Counted from the whole stretch's first letter, positions 50,625 through 62,802 are shown. The stretch: 63,759 nt of DNA, filler included, from Octopus bimaculoides (GCF_001194135.2; 11 parts of 9 records of this genome joined end to end with filler, not necessarily neighbours in it); one strand, 5' to 3'. Numbers and translations: made by a program. The notes: generated by a model from the sequence alone, not told the origin.

Positions 50625-52405
50625 TAAATATTATATATGATACTTAATCGTAGACACAACTTATACTAGAATGTCTCGTTGCATTAAATAATGAGTTAGA
50701 AACATATAATATATAGACAGATAAATGAAAAACAAACACAGAAGTTCGCCAAATCCTCATCATTTAAAGGTCAGAGGGTCACACTCAATTTCACGCTTTT
50801 CCTATAATATTGAATCGTATCCTCTTAGCGCCGACAGCGGAATGCCTCTGGGAATTGGCGAGCCAAAACCAAGACAATAAGTGAACAAACAGACAAGAAA
50901 TAATAAAAAAATGCGAGGCAGAAAGTTAACATACTAATGTAGAATAAATATAATACAAGGTGAGACAATTAATGGACAGACGAAAATAAACAGAATTACT
51001 GGACGTACGAAGGAACTGCAATAAGCACACAAAACAATAAGGCTTAGAACCAGACAGGAGGCGAAACAGTCCACGTCGGGGAATATCCTAAAAGATTAAC
51101 AAAGAGACAGTGAGAGGTGTATAAAGTGGGCGTCGAGGCGTTGCCATATATTGTTTGTTTAATCATTTCAGTTTGTTCGTATACCCACCATCGTCCGGTT
51201 TGTTTTCGTCTCTGTCCCTCGTGTCTCCACTAAATGTTTCGTCTTTAATTGCATTTATCCTACTTTTATATGTTAACATTTTTTTCATCGGATTGTTGTT
51301 TGTTTCTAGTCCGTTTGTTCATCTTCTGTCCTTTTTTTTACACCGTTCGTCGAAATTGCTGGTGTTGGGCCAAGATTTGGAGAACATATTTGTCTGTGTG
51401 TGTATACACAAATGCATGTACACACACGCGCGCGCGTGCCAGATGATTAGGTGGATATATTGGAGAAATCGATAGACCTACGAATACATCCATAGATAAG
51501 TAGGTTGATTGATAGTGTGAGAGAAGAAGGAAGATTGAACTGCAGATACACAGAGATTTAAATAGGTGAATAAATATATGAAGAACTACATAGATATACG
51601 CACCAACGCAGTAACACAAAATATTCCACGTATATATTCATTCAATTCTAGTTTTGCAATATATTTTCTTCCAGGGGGCCTTTATATTCTATCTACGAAT
51701 ATTTCAATTTAAGCCCATACCAGATTAAATATTTCCCTCTTTCATCACTATATTAATTTCACTTTGCTGAACTGATGTAGGGCAGATAATTAAGAATATA
51801 TTATATCAATATAATCGTTAGATGCACTCGTTTTTGCAGACTTTGATAAATGCGTAATGCGCTTCGTAGATATAGATCTGCAATTATAAAGTAATATAAA
51901 CTTGCATTGAGAAAACGATAATTCCTCTTTTGAACATTAATATAAAATCACCTGAATCCATATTTTTATTGTTTGGCATTGGTTAATATTGTGTTTATCG
52001 GATATTTGGTGCAATTTGCAATCAATTTATGTCGGCATTATTCATCCAAATAATAGATATCATATAATATATATTATTTCTTTATATATTTCTTCATTCC
52101 TATATATGTGTTGCATGATATAATCAACATTCACGTTCTTTATGTGTATGTATACATATACATATATACATAAATATGTATGTATGCATGTATGTATGCA
52201 TGTTAAAAGATAAACTAATTTATAATAGTAATTCATCGATACTGAGCTTCGCGTTACGATACGATGTAGGAAAAATTAAATGTGAACTTTGCCTTAAATA
52301 ACCATCGTAAATACTTACGTCAGAGTATATCACGAATAAAAGACAGGAATTAATGATGAGATATAAATATTTAAAAAAAAAATCTTTACATTATATCTTC
52401 GATAA

Positions 52406-52820
52406 TACTGGGGAACGAAAACATTTCTTTTTTTTTTTTTTCTCTGGTGCCTTGAATATTTCAACGAATTCTTAAGTGATCTTACCTGCTAAATTAAAAA
52501 ATAACTTCATCTTTTTCTCGATCAGGTCTAGTTTTCTGACAAGACCTGATAGAGTAAGTATTTTATTCATTCAAAAGGCATATAGTATGAATCAATAACG
52601 AGAGTGTAACACAAAACAAAACGAAGTACAAATACAAATTCAAAATTGAACATGCACATTGGTTAAGATGTTTGGCAAGAAGTTCAAGGAATAACTTTGC
52701 GCTTCTTTGTGCACCATAAATGTTGAGCAACATGAGTATCTCGTTTTAAACACAAGCAATATTCTGCCATCCTCACAGCATCCTAACATCCTTGGTACCG
52801 AGTTTCCATCTCCTTGAACT
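52406..52820 (-). mobile_element. Chapaev3-like (CMC) DNA transposon 3' end
   Basis: Translation EFKEMETRYQGC*DAVRMAEYCLCLKRD matches the recalled ..KEMERRYQGRW...MADYCW.LKRD C-terminus; the 3' UTR contains AAAACTAGACCTGATCGAGAAAAA and ends GTTCCCCAGTA. Cut at its 5' side by a SINE. Confidence 0.65.
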
Positions 52821-52907
52821 CAGAATTTGATCTCAGAACGTAAAGACAGACGAAATACAGCTAAGCATTTTGCCCGGCGTACTAACGATTCTGCTGGCTC
52901 AATGCCT
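52821..52907 (-). mobile_element. SINE family A head
   Basis: A and B box segment only. Confidence 0.75.
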
Positions 52908-53480
52908 TTTTTTTTAACGGAAATATTGTAATTGTTATCGCACGTCAAAGACGGTTATTGTCGAATATAGGAAAGCATGTCGTTGTAATACATACGTTAG
53001 ATGTACCTGTATTTGGAGAGCCAAATTCTGAAATATATAACAGTCTCTGCGTGTATGCACGCAAGAATACGCACATGCACTCACATATGCAGACGCACAG
53101 ATGTACCAATACACAGTGAAACGCACGCGCACATACACAGACACTCGCATTGACACACACACACATTCGCGAAACCGCGCACAGACACACACGGACATAC
53201 AAACACACGTACATATACAAATATTACATACATGTTCGGGTATATTCATGTTCTTGTGTTTATTTACGCCAATGAAATATTTAAAAGCCAGAAACGTGTC
53301 TGCACATATGTATTCCAGCTCGACTCTCATAAGATTTTGATCAGAAACTATCTTACTAAAGAGAGCAGAAATGTTAATAANNNNNNNNNNNNNNNNNNNN
53401 NNNNNNNNNNNNNNNNNNNNNNNNTTAATTAATTAANNNNNNNNNNNNNNNNNNNNNNNNNNNNNNNNNNNNNNNNNNNN

Positions 53481-53903
53481 CACACATATACATACACATA
53501 TTTATATATAAGCACACACTTACAAACACATACATACATTCCTCTACACATACATACACATACATACATACATACTTACACACATGCACATACATGCATA
53601 CACACATATATACATACACACTCATACATACTTTCCTCTACACATGCACACAAACATATATATAAGCACACACTTACACACACACATACATACATGCACA
53701 CACATATATTCCTCTACACACACATACATACACACACATACATACACACACATACATACACACACATGCATACACACACATACATACACACACAAACACA
53801 CATTCCTCTACATACACACATGCATACACACACACATACATACATACACACATACATACACACTCATACATACACAAATACATACACACTCATACATGCA
53901 TTC

Positions 53904-53950
<47 letters not shown>
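53481..53950. repeat. CA-rich array with ~94-bp higher-order period
   Basis: TTCCTCTACA recurs at 53539, 53633, 53709, 53803, 53901. Confidence 0.8.
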
Positions 53951-53952
<2 letters not shown>

Positions 53953-54436
53953 AAAGCACCCCCTCCCCACGCACCGTCGAGAAGGCCAAATGTTAAACTC
54001 TGTAATTACTTATTCTTCGGATTCAATTGTTTCATTTCGAATGAAATTTTCTTTTGTCTTTCTTTTTTCTTTTTCTTTTTCTTTTTTTTTTTTTTGTAAA
54101 TTATATGTTTTGAAATATTATATTTTTGTTTTGTCTTTTTAAATTGATTTTACGTTTTATTTCATTTATTTTGAAATTGCTTTTTCGACGACAATAATAA
54201 GAAAACGCATGAAAATATCTTAAACAAAAAATATAGTAATTAACAAATAACAAAGACCTACACTAGACGTGATGATGACGGTGATGCTGACGACGACGAA
54301 GACGACGACGATGATGATGATGATGATGATGGAGTTGGTGATGGTGATAGCGGCGGCGGCGGTGGTGGTGGCTGTGCCGACGTCAATGATGACAACAACG
54401 ATGATGAACGTAATAATAATAATAATAATAATAATG

Positions 54437-54468
<32 letters not shown>

Positions 54469-54469
54469 C

Positions 54470-54578
54470 CTTTCTACTATAGGCACAAGGCCTGAAATTT
54501 GGGGAAGGAGTAAGTCGATTACATCGACCCCAGTATTTCACTGGTACTTAATTTATCAACCCTGAAAGGATGAAAAGT
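54470..54578 (-). mobile_element. 5'-truncated SINE family A inside an (AAT)n array
   Basis: Tail and central module; (AAT)n on both sides. Confidence 0.82.
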
Positions 54579-54627
<49 letters not shown>

Positions 54628-55353
54628 NNNNNNNNNNNNNNNNNNNNNNNNNNNNNNNNNNNNNNNNNNNNNNNNNNNNNNNNNNNNNNNNNNNNNNNNN
54701 NNNNNNNNNNNNNNNNNNNNNNNNNNNNNNNNNNNNNNNNNNNNNNNNNNNNNNNNNNNNNNNNNNNNNNNNNNNNNNNNNNNNNNNNNNNNNNNNNNNN
54801 NNNNNNNNNNNNNNNNNNNNNNNNNNNNNNNNNNNNNNNNNNNNNNNNNNNNNNNNNNNNNNNNNNNNNNNNNNNNNNNNNNNNNNNNNNNNNNNNNNNN
54901 NNNNNNNNNNNNNNNNNNNNNNNNNNNNNNNNNNNNNNNNNNNNNNNNNNNNNNNNNNNNNNNNNNNNNNNNNNNNNNNNNNNNNNNNNNNNNNNNNNNN
55001 NNNNNNNNNNNNNNNNNNNNNNNNNNNNNNNNNNNNNNNNNNNNNNNNNNNNNNNNNNNNNNNNNNNNNNNNNNNNNNNNNNNNNNNNNNNNNNNNNNNN
55101 NNNNNNNNNNNNNNNNNNNNNNNNNNNNNNNNNNNNNNNNNNNNNNNNNNNNNNNNNNNNNNNNNNNNNNNNNNNNNNNNNNNNNNNNNNNNNNNNNNNN
55201 NNNNNNNNNNNNNNNNNNNNNNNNNNNNNNNNNNNNNNNNNNNNNNNNNNNNNNNNNNNNNNNNNNNNNNNNNNNNNNNNNNNNNNNNNNNNNNNNNNNN
55301 NNNNNNNNNNNNNNNNNNNNNNNNNNNNNNNNNNNNNNNNNNNNNNNNNNNNN

Positions 55354-55548
55354 CAAAAATACCAGGCCTTACAAATATATATAACATACAGAAAATTGCA
55401 CTACTGGGCACTGCACACATCCTACGCAAAACACTTTCAATACAGTAACCATAAGTGCATCACAGCAAACCACAGCACATACCCAAGGCGCACAGAGCTG
55501 CGCTCGGTAGTGAAATGAAAGCACGTTATAAAAATAAAACTACTGAAC
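55354..55548 (+). mobile_element. R4/Dong-clade element 3' end, second family
   Basis: KIPGLTNIYNIQKIALLGTAHILRKTLSIQ* plus ~100-nt 3' UTR, followed by (AAT)n; 5' part is in a gap. Confidence 0.85.
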
Positions 55549-55569
55549 AATAATAATAATGATAATAAT

Positions 55570-56187
55570 AAACAGTATGGCATATTACCAGCCAATGTAT
55601 GCCACTAGCCCAGAAGGAATATAAGAGACGCCACGACAATATAGCCAGGCTTGTCCATTGGACACTTTGCAACAAGTATGGACTTGGCAGAGCAAAACAT
55701 CGGCACGACCACAAACCTGAAGGAATCGTCGAAAATAGAAATGCAAAGATCCTATGGAACTTTATGATTCAGTGCGACCATGAGATAGAGAATAGGAAGC
55801 CAGATATAGTCTTAACTGAGAAAGAAAACCAACTATGCTTGATCATAGATATAGCATGCCCAGCTAACAACAAGGTATGCGATAAGGAAGAAAGAAAAGT
55901 CGATAGGTATGACAGGTTAGCTTGGGAAGTTAAGCAGTTGTGGTCAATGAAAAAGGTAGCAGTAGTACCAATAACTGTCGGAGCCCTGGGAACAGTGAGC
56001 AAAAATCTTGAGAAGTATGTGGAACAAATAGGGGTTGGAATAAGGGTGGAGCACTTGCAGAAAACAGCACTGCTTGGAACCGCTCGAATACTCCGGAAGG
56101 TGCTCGAAAAATGAGGTGTTACCTTAGTTGACTGGTAGAATAGCTGACACTGTAGTACATCTCCAGCGTTAGAAGCTGTGCAAAGAC
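55570..56187 (+). mobile_element. 5'-truncated R4/Dong-clade non-LTR retrotransposon (RLE endonuclease domain plus 3' UTR)
   Basis: Open frame TVWHITSQC...YKRRHD (end of CCHC finger), RKPDIV...IIDIACP (PD-D nuclease), VGALG...LQKTALLGTARILRKVL*; (AAT)n on both sides. Confidence 0.92.
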
Positions 56188-56627
56188 AATAATAATAATA
56201 ATAACGATAATAACAATAATATACCTGAATCCTCAACATGATAAAAAGATCATACGAACAAAAATGTAGAAGTTATACCTGGATCCTCAACAATACACAC
56301 AGTCCGAAAAAAAATAAACCAGTATGCTATGCACGACACTACCAATCCAACAACAGAACCTAAACGAAACGACCCAGAAATACAAGACACACTCTATACA
56401 ACTTTGACCCAATGAAATAAACTCCCACCAGCAAGCTAGCAAACCAAAACATTACACACTCAACACACAACACAAGCAGTAACACAACAAAAGACAGCAT
56501 CACACCTCAAGGAAGAATGTTAGCACAATACAGTACCGGGAAGAGTTCACCCACTCCCGACTACACGACGGTGTAGCAGGTGATGCAGTAGAAATCTGCC
56601 CCAGTCTACCAAATATTGAACAGTTAT

Positions 56628-56661
<34 letters not shown>

Positions 56662-56813
56662 TAATAATAATAATAATAATAATGATAATAATAATAATAA
56701 TGGTTTCAAATTTNNNNNNNNNNNNNNNNNNNNNNNNNNNNNNNNNNNNNNNNNNNNTTAATTAATTAANNNNNNNNNNNNNNNNNNNNNNNNNNNNNNN
56801 NNNNNNNNNNNNN

Positions 56814-56845
<32 letters not shown>

Positions 56846-57520
56846 GGTGTGTGTGTGTCTGTGTGCGCGTGCGTGTGTGTGTGTGTGGGGGTGTGTGCGT
56901 GGGTATATATATATATTAGTGCATTTTGTGTGTTCAGAAGCAGATAAAGAGGGATGAACAGGTTAAGAGCAAAAGGGTAGGTGAAGTAGGTGAAAGAAGT
57001 CGCTAGTGAATAAGGATATATCACGTGGCCAACACATAAGGGGAAAATTGTTATTTTTGTTCTCTAATAACTCTTATGTAATTTTGATACGATGCTTACA
57101 TAAAAATGTTTGGACACTCAGAAAAAATATTGTTCGCGCATTTTAAATTCGTTAAACTCGTACACAGATAAAACATGCAGAAAACAATAACAAAAGTGGT
57201 ATGGTTTACTTCAAGCGGCCGCAAGCGAGATGCGTCTTGACATGCTATACCAGCGGCCATTATCCGTCAATAACTATGATAGATCTGTGGCTTCATGTGG
57301 CATCCAACAGCCTCAACAGAGTTGAGCCATCATCTCCCTCTCTATTAGGGTGCGAAATTTGCGGAAGTCTCTAAATTACAGCATTCGATATGGCCGCTTG
57401 TGCTTGAATATAAAAATGCATAAATCTTTTAAGTAGATGAAATATGCAGATCAAAATAATAAAAATGGCGATAAGACATACCGCCTGAAACGATTGCGTA
57501 TACATTAAGGACTGTGTGCT

Positions 57521-57556
<36 letters not shown>

Positions 57557-58321
57557 GGGGGTGTAAGTGTGGTTGGGGTGTTTTATACAAACTGTCTCTA
57601 AATTCAATAAAATGTAGAAAAAGCTCGCATACAGCAGAAACTTTATGCAAAGTGTTTCTTGGTTTCTCTCTATCTCTCTCCTTCTCTATTTCTATCTGTC
57701 TTTCTCTCTGTCTGTCTCTCCCTCTCTTTCTAATCCCCCTTCTCTCTCTCACCCTTCTCCTTCTGTTACACACCAGCAGAAGCACCAAGACGCACAAAGT
57801 CAAAGACACATACTCATTCGCCCTGATACGGTATATACTTTTATGAGTATACATAAATAGTTATATGCTTGCTTTGTCTTTGATGGTGAAAAGCCGAAGT
57901 GATTCCTGTGTAGTTTATATTTAACTCTTGTCTTTACCTTTCCATTGACACAAATAGTAGCCATCGCAGGGAACAGTTTATGTGTGCGATGATTCCGAAT
58001 ATATCTTTATCTGTTCATTAAAACTCTCCTTCAAAGATTGGTTTTACATTTTTGAGATCCACATATTTTCATGTATATAAGCCTTCCCATCAAATGCAGG
58101 ATTAGAATTTATCAGATACTGGATAAAATAAACTGATTTTATATATAATGTAACAGAATACATAATGAAATATAATCACTTGAAAATGTCCACATTATAG
58201 TGATATGGAAAATGTACAAATTTAGGATGCCTATCTGCATGATTTTCTCCCATTCTCTCCCTCTCTTGAACTTTCTCTCTTCCCTTCACACACGCTCTCT
58301 CTCTCTCTCTCTCACTCTCTA

Positions 58322-58368
<47 letters not shown>

Positions 58369-59979
58369 CTCTCTCTTTCTTTCTTTCTTTCTTTCTTTCT
58401 TTCAGACTATATCTTTTCATTTTCTTCCCACCAACAGCACACATTTATTGGTTTTCTTCTTGTTATTATTTTATGTGTAACCTTTACATTTCCTTTGCGA
58501 GTAACTGTGAACGCTGAATGAGCAAGCAAAAGAAAATTTGTTTTTGTGTCATTTTTGTGTGAGAATATACCATTTTAAAAATTTCTTATCTCTGTCGCTT
58601 CTTCCTTTTCCAAACATTTACCACTTCTTGCTTTGCCACATTTCATATGATAATGGAGCTCCGTTAGTGCCTTTTTATATGACGTAGTATTGAAGTTTAG
58701 AGCTGAGTTTTCCAGTTGACTTGTGCTGATTTAGGTAAGTTGTGATGCTCCCCTACTTTGGCTTATTTAGAAGGTAAAGTGACATTTCCATTTTCTAGTG
58801 CAAATGTTGCTCCATGAAGGTTCAGCCCATGTTACTAAGTGGTAACAACAACTGCTAGTATTTTCTAATTTGCTACTTTTGTTGCTGCTCTTCCCCAGGT
58901 TAGTACTCATCTAGAATACCTACAATCGAAGGCAATCTAGTTGTGACATCCCATCTTTTTGAACACATGATCCACCCGCGCCTAGATTATGCGAACAGTC
59001 GGTTTGTTTTTTTCTTTAAGATTAGTGAGTGTTATGCGAGAAAGTTCGGGTGACATTTCTAGTACTTGAAGAGACTAGGTTGACGTTTTACTTTTTAATA
59101 CATGTATTGTTTATATTATAAGCATTTTGTCTACCATTTCGCCTAATGCCATTGCTAATTAAAGTACCTTCTTCATTCTAATCGTTTTGAGGTGTTCTTG
59201 TCTTGTTTTTTGTTAGGTTTTTTTGCCTTTTTTTTTTCACAAACTTGGATAAACGCTTGAAATTGTTGTTCAAATGAAAGTGGTTTCCTTCTGTTCTACA
59301 TACCATGGCTGCTATTTTCACCGTCACTTTGTTGACACTACTACTATTTTGACTGTTGTAGATGTAATAAATAGCAGAAAATTTATATATTTCACAACAC
59401 CGTGTATAGACGCTTATATACTCGTCCCCCAAAATATGAATGCCAAAAGCAATATTGGTCAGTCACTGAACAAAGTATGTAAAAAGATTTGGTAATTGGT
59501 TTATCCATATTTCGTTGAAGTATATTCTTTTATTAGTTCCAGACCAAGCGTTGCACTCATAATGGAGCAGCAGTTTCGTCAACGAAACTCTTTCTATAGT
59601 ACTTAAATTTTAGGGAATTAAAACGTTTGATAGTGCTACCAACAGTTTTGTTACTTACCGCTACGTTAATTCGCCTTCCATTGAAGAAAATAGATTATCT
59701 CGATACTGTTTGAATACGTTTAGATCCACTCCACGTAGATCTCCCATTTTTTTTTTTTTTTTGACAAAATATCGGAAAGATGTTGCGGTTCCTGATTTTC
59801 GACGGGTAAGGTGGAACCTGTAGGACAATGTAGTGGCGACAAGTCCGGAGATTGATACAGATTTCAATATTGAAGTATAGTACGAGTTTTTCAAGAATCT
59901 GCCACATATAGATCATGTGCCGGTGTATCTCAGGCAACATGATTATGATATAGCAGAGACACACGCGTACGACGAGCAC

Positions 59980-60420
59980 GAAGACACCACGACAAGACCA
60001 TCAACAACAAGAGCAAGGACGACGATGACGACAGCAACCACAATGGAACCGAAAACAGTCATATCAGTCACAACGACTGCAACTAGAACCAATAATAACA
60101 ACACCAACAACAGCCAAAGAACTGGTGACGATAATGACGACGGTGATCACAACAACAACAGCTCCTGCAACAACAATAAAAGTGGCAGCAACAACAGCAA
60201 CGACAGTGACCGCAACAACAACAACAGCAACAACCGTAGTGACAACACATCATCGACGAAAGCAGCAGCCACAACTACAGTAGCGCCAACAACATCAACA
60301 ATGACGGAAGAGTAGAAAGAAAAAAAAGAAAGAAAGACAGAAAGAAAGAATGAAATAAAGAAAGAAAGAATGAAAGAAAGAATGAAAGAAAGAAAGAAAT
60401 GGAGTAATAATGAATGAATG
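59980..60420. repeat. CAA-type low-complexity tract and (GAAA)n
   Basis: Direct reading. Confidence 0.85.
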
Positions 60421-61060
60421 TACGTGAACCTTCTTTACTATGGAGGGAGTTGGAAGCAAGATAAAGAACGTCAAAAGATCTGGTCTACCCGTCAGAATCA
60501 CAAGACGAAGCCAAACCCTTAGACACTACAACATTCACAGAAATAACACAGTAGACACGTGCTGTTTCAACAAATGCCCAATCAGAGCAAGACAGCCAAT
60601 AGGTATGATTTAAATCTCACGTAGTGTAGGAAATAATATGTTCTAGTGGCGGAACGTATACAAGATCAACGAAAAGACACTTTTCTGGTGTGACAGCTTC
60701 ACACCAGAGTGAAGGTTCATGTCTACAACGTCACACCATCCAGTGCCGTACTCCAGTGCCACAAACAATATGCAAGATTTTTCTCCACATGCGTACTTCC
60801 AAGTGGGATAGGTACAGTCAACCTCAGAATAACGGAAGTACACTTCACTGAGAAGAAAGCACCCAGACTTAACGGCCTGAATGGACTCGACGAATTCAAC
60901 TACTGTTGCTAGAGCCTTTAACCAGCGCCAGCAATAACCACCACATAAAGCAAATGGAAAGTAATCTAAAGGACTTTTGAGCCGGAAGCGTTCACAAAAG
61001 TAAACTTAACCTAACAACTAGCATCAAGGTTATCCACAGATTACAAGCCTATTCTTCCAA
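60420..61060 (+). mobile_element. Possible highly decayed Penelope-like ORF
   Basis: Scattered pieces (NSTTVA..., KWKVI.R, YSS..NNMQ) resemble the PLE GIY-YIG region but need several frameshifts. Confidence 0.28.
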
Positions 61061-61094
61061 CTATTTACCTCTATGTCTGTCTTTGTATCTAACT

Positions 61095-61128
<34 letters not shown>

Positions 61129-61561
61129 CTATATATCTATCTATCTCTTCTCACGGACGTGCTGTCACATCGGCTGCAGAGGTAAATGTTTATTTGACCT
61201 TTTATTGTCCACATTTTGTTGGAATTTTTGTATATAAGGTGTGTGAAGCACCCAACTTTCTTTTTATTGTGTTTTCAAGGTAGGAATTGGCCCTTAGGGG
61301 CAGTTTCAACCTTTTTAAAATTATATATTTTCTTCTCGACATTGAAAAATGTCGAGAAACATAGTCATAGAACGCTGGACAGAAACATTGATGAACGAAC
61401 ATTTTCCTAGACTTGAGACGCTAGGAGAACAAAAAAATAAGTCATGCACGCGCACACACACNNNNNNNNNNNNNNNNNNNNNNNNNNNNNNNNNNNNNNN
61501 NNNNNTTAATTAATTAANNNNNNNNNNNNNNNNNNNNNNNNNNNNNNNNNNNNNNNNNNNN

Positions 61562-61877
61562 GGTCATTACAGTATCGAAATGTGATTGTTTCAGTTAGTA
61601 GAATAGTTTCATTTTTAAAGTGAAAGTATTTGACATGAGTGTTTTTGTTTCACTTTTGACACGTAATACTTAAATAGTGGAGGAGATATTATGTTGCCAT
61701 GGGCTCGAACTCTGGAAGAAGTTAAAATTTTTTTTGACTAAAACACAACTGGAACCCTAAGTAAGGCATCTGTAAAATTTGAATGAAATTGGTTGCGTAG
61801 TTCTCGAGTTTTAGGAATTCACACAGACAGACAGACAGACAGACAGACACACATTCTCATTTTTATATATATATAGA
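61562..61877 (-). mobile_element. Non-autonomous Helitron-like element, 5' portion
   Basis: Minus strand starts A|TCTATATATATAAAA followed by (GTCT)n and CAACCAATTTCATTCAAATTT, the layout of common animal non-autonomous Helitrons; the 3' CTRR end is lost in a gap. Confidence 0.6.
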
Positions 61878-62019
61878 TAATGAGTACATTTGCTTTAGTT
61901 ATTTTATAACTGTATATATAGGACAATTTAAACATAATTTGAAAAATAAAAAATAAATAAGAGCAAAATTCAATTATAAATATATTTTGTATTCATCTCA
62001 ATCTCGTTTAGGCAGACGA

Positions 62020-62100
62020 TTTAATACATAACTCAAGTTAAAATTTAATAATTCTGTTATCTTAATTATAACACTTCACATATGTTCTTAGCAATTTAAT
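62020..62100 (-). terminator. Candidate polyadenylation signals of the S-crystallin gene (three ATTAAA hexamers)
   Basis: ATTAAA on the minus strand at 62095-62100, 62044-62049 and 62020-62025, 140-220 nt after the stop codon. The background is AT-rich, so which one (if any) is used is unknown. Confidence 0.35.
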
Positions 62101-62240
62101 CAGCCACTCTCAGATTTTGCAAGAATCTCAAGCGTTCTTCATTGGCTACCAAAGTTGCGAACGATAATGACTCGCACACATCATAACATTTACACACATT
62201 TCGAGATTACTATTCTTGTGATAAAACAAAACATATCTCA

Positions 62241-62405
62241 TTAAAATGAAGTGGTATTTCGTTTTAATAGGTAACTGGCTATTTTGGGATGATTTGCAAC
62301 TTTTTCTCTTAAAGCTTGCAATTTAGGGTAATCTTTCAGCAAACATGGATCTTCCGTAGTGGGGTTTTCAAGAGCTGCAAAGCACATTATATCACACAGC
62401 AGCAT
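62241..62405 (-). CDS. Terminal coding exon of an S-crystallin / sigma-class glutathione S-transferase gene (SL11/Lops4-like C-terminus)
   Basis: Polypyrimidine acceptor tttttattttccttcag, then phase-0 open frame MLLCDIMCFAALENPTTEDPCLLKDYPKLQALREKVANHPKIASYLLKRNTTSF* (165 nt). Closely follows the cephalopod S-crystallin C-terminal pattern (LLCD..AALENP...LLK.YPKL.ALR..VA.HPKIA.Y..KRN.T.F). Upstream exons are not in the window. Confidence 0.93.
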   Translation of the reverse strand: MLLCDIMCFAALENPTTEDPCLLKDYPKLQALREKVANHPKIASYLLKRNTTSF

Positions 62406-62554
62406 CTGAAGGAAAATAAAATAGCTATAAAAATTAACTCATTTATTATATAAGATGTTTTAATAATTTGTTGCGCATTTGCTACGTGAATAATCTATAT
62501 GATGTTATATTTTGTAACGGTGTTTGGAATTATTTGAAATGTCCTTATATATTA

Positions 62555-62771
62555 CTCTTTTACTGTTTTACTTGTTTCAGTCATTTGACTGTGGCCATGC
62601 TGGAGCACCGCCTTTATAGTCGAGCAAATCGACCCTAGGACTTATTCTTTGTAAGCCTAGTACTTATTCTATCGTCACTTTTGCCGAACCGCTAAGTTAC
62701 GGGGACGTAAACACAGCAGCATCGGTTGTCAAGTGATGCTGGGGAGGACAAACAGAGACGCACAAACATAT

Positions 62772-62802
<31 letters not shown>

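Noticed and set aside
51120-51173. TATAAAG followed by TCAGTT initiator-like motif
   Set aside because: Spacing of about 45-50 nt is too long for a TATA-Inr pair; no downstream exon found.
57199-57470. Cluster of ATGGC(C)G YY1-like words and a loose inverted repeat
   Set aside because: Short motifs, no linked gene or conservation evidence.
59659-59817. Minus-strand AG...GTAAGT bounded segment containing KNGR, reminiscent of S-crystallin loops
   Set aside because: All three frames hit a stop before the donor; no other crystallin residues align.
59770-60315. Protein-like frame RKDVAVPDF...LPHIDHVPVYLRQHD followed by a Thr/Asn-rich ORF
   Set aside because: Two in-frame stops, no recognisable family, and the 3' half is CAA low-complexity sequence.
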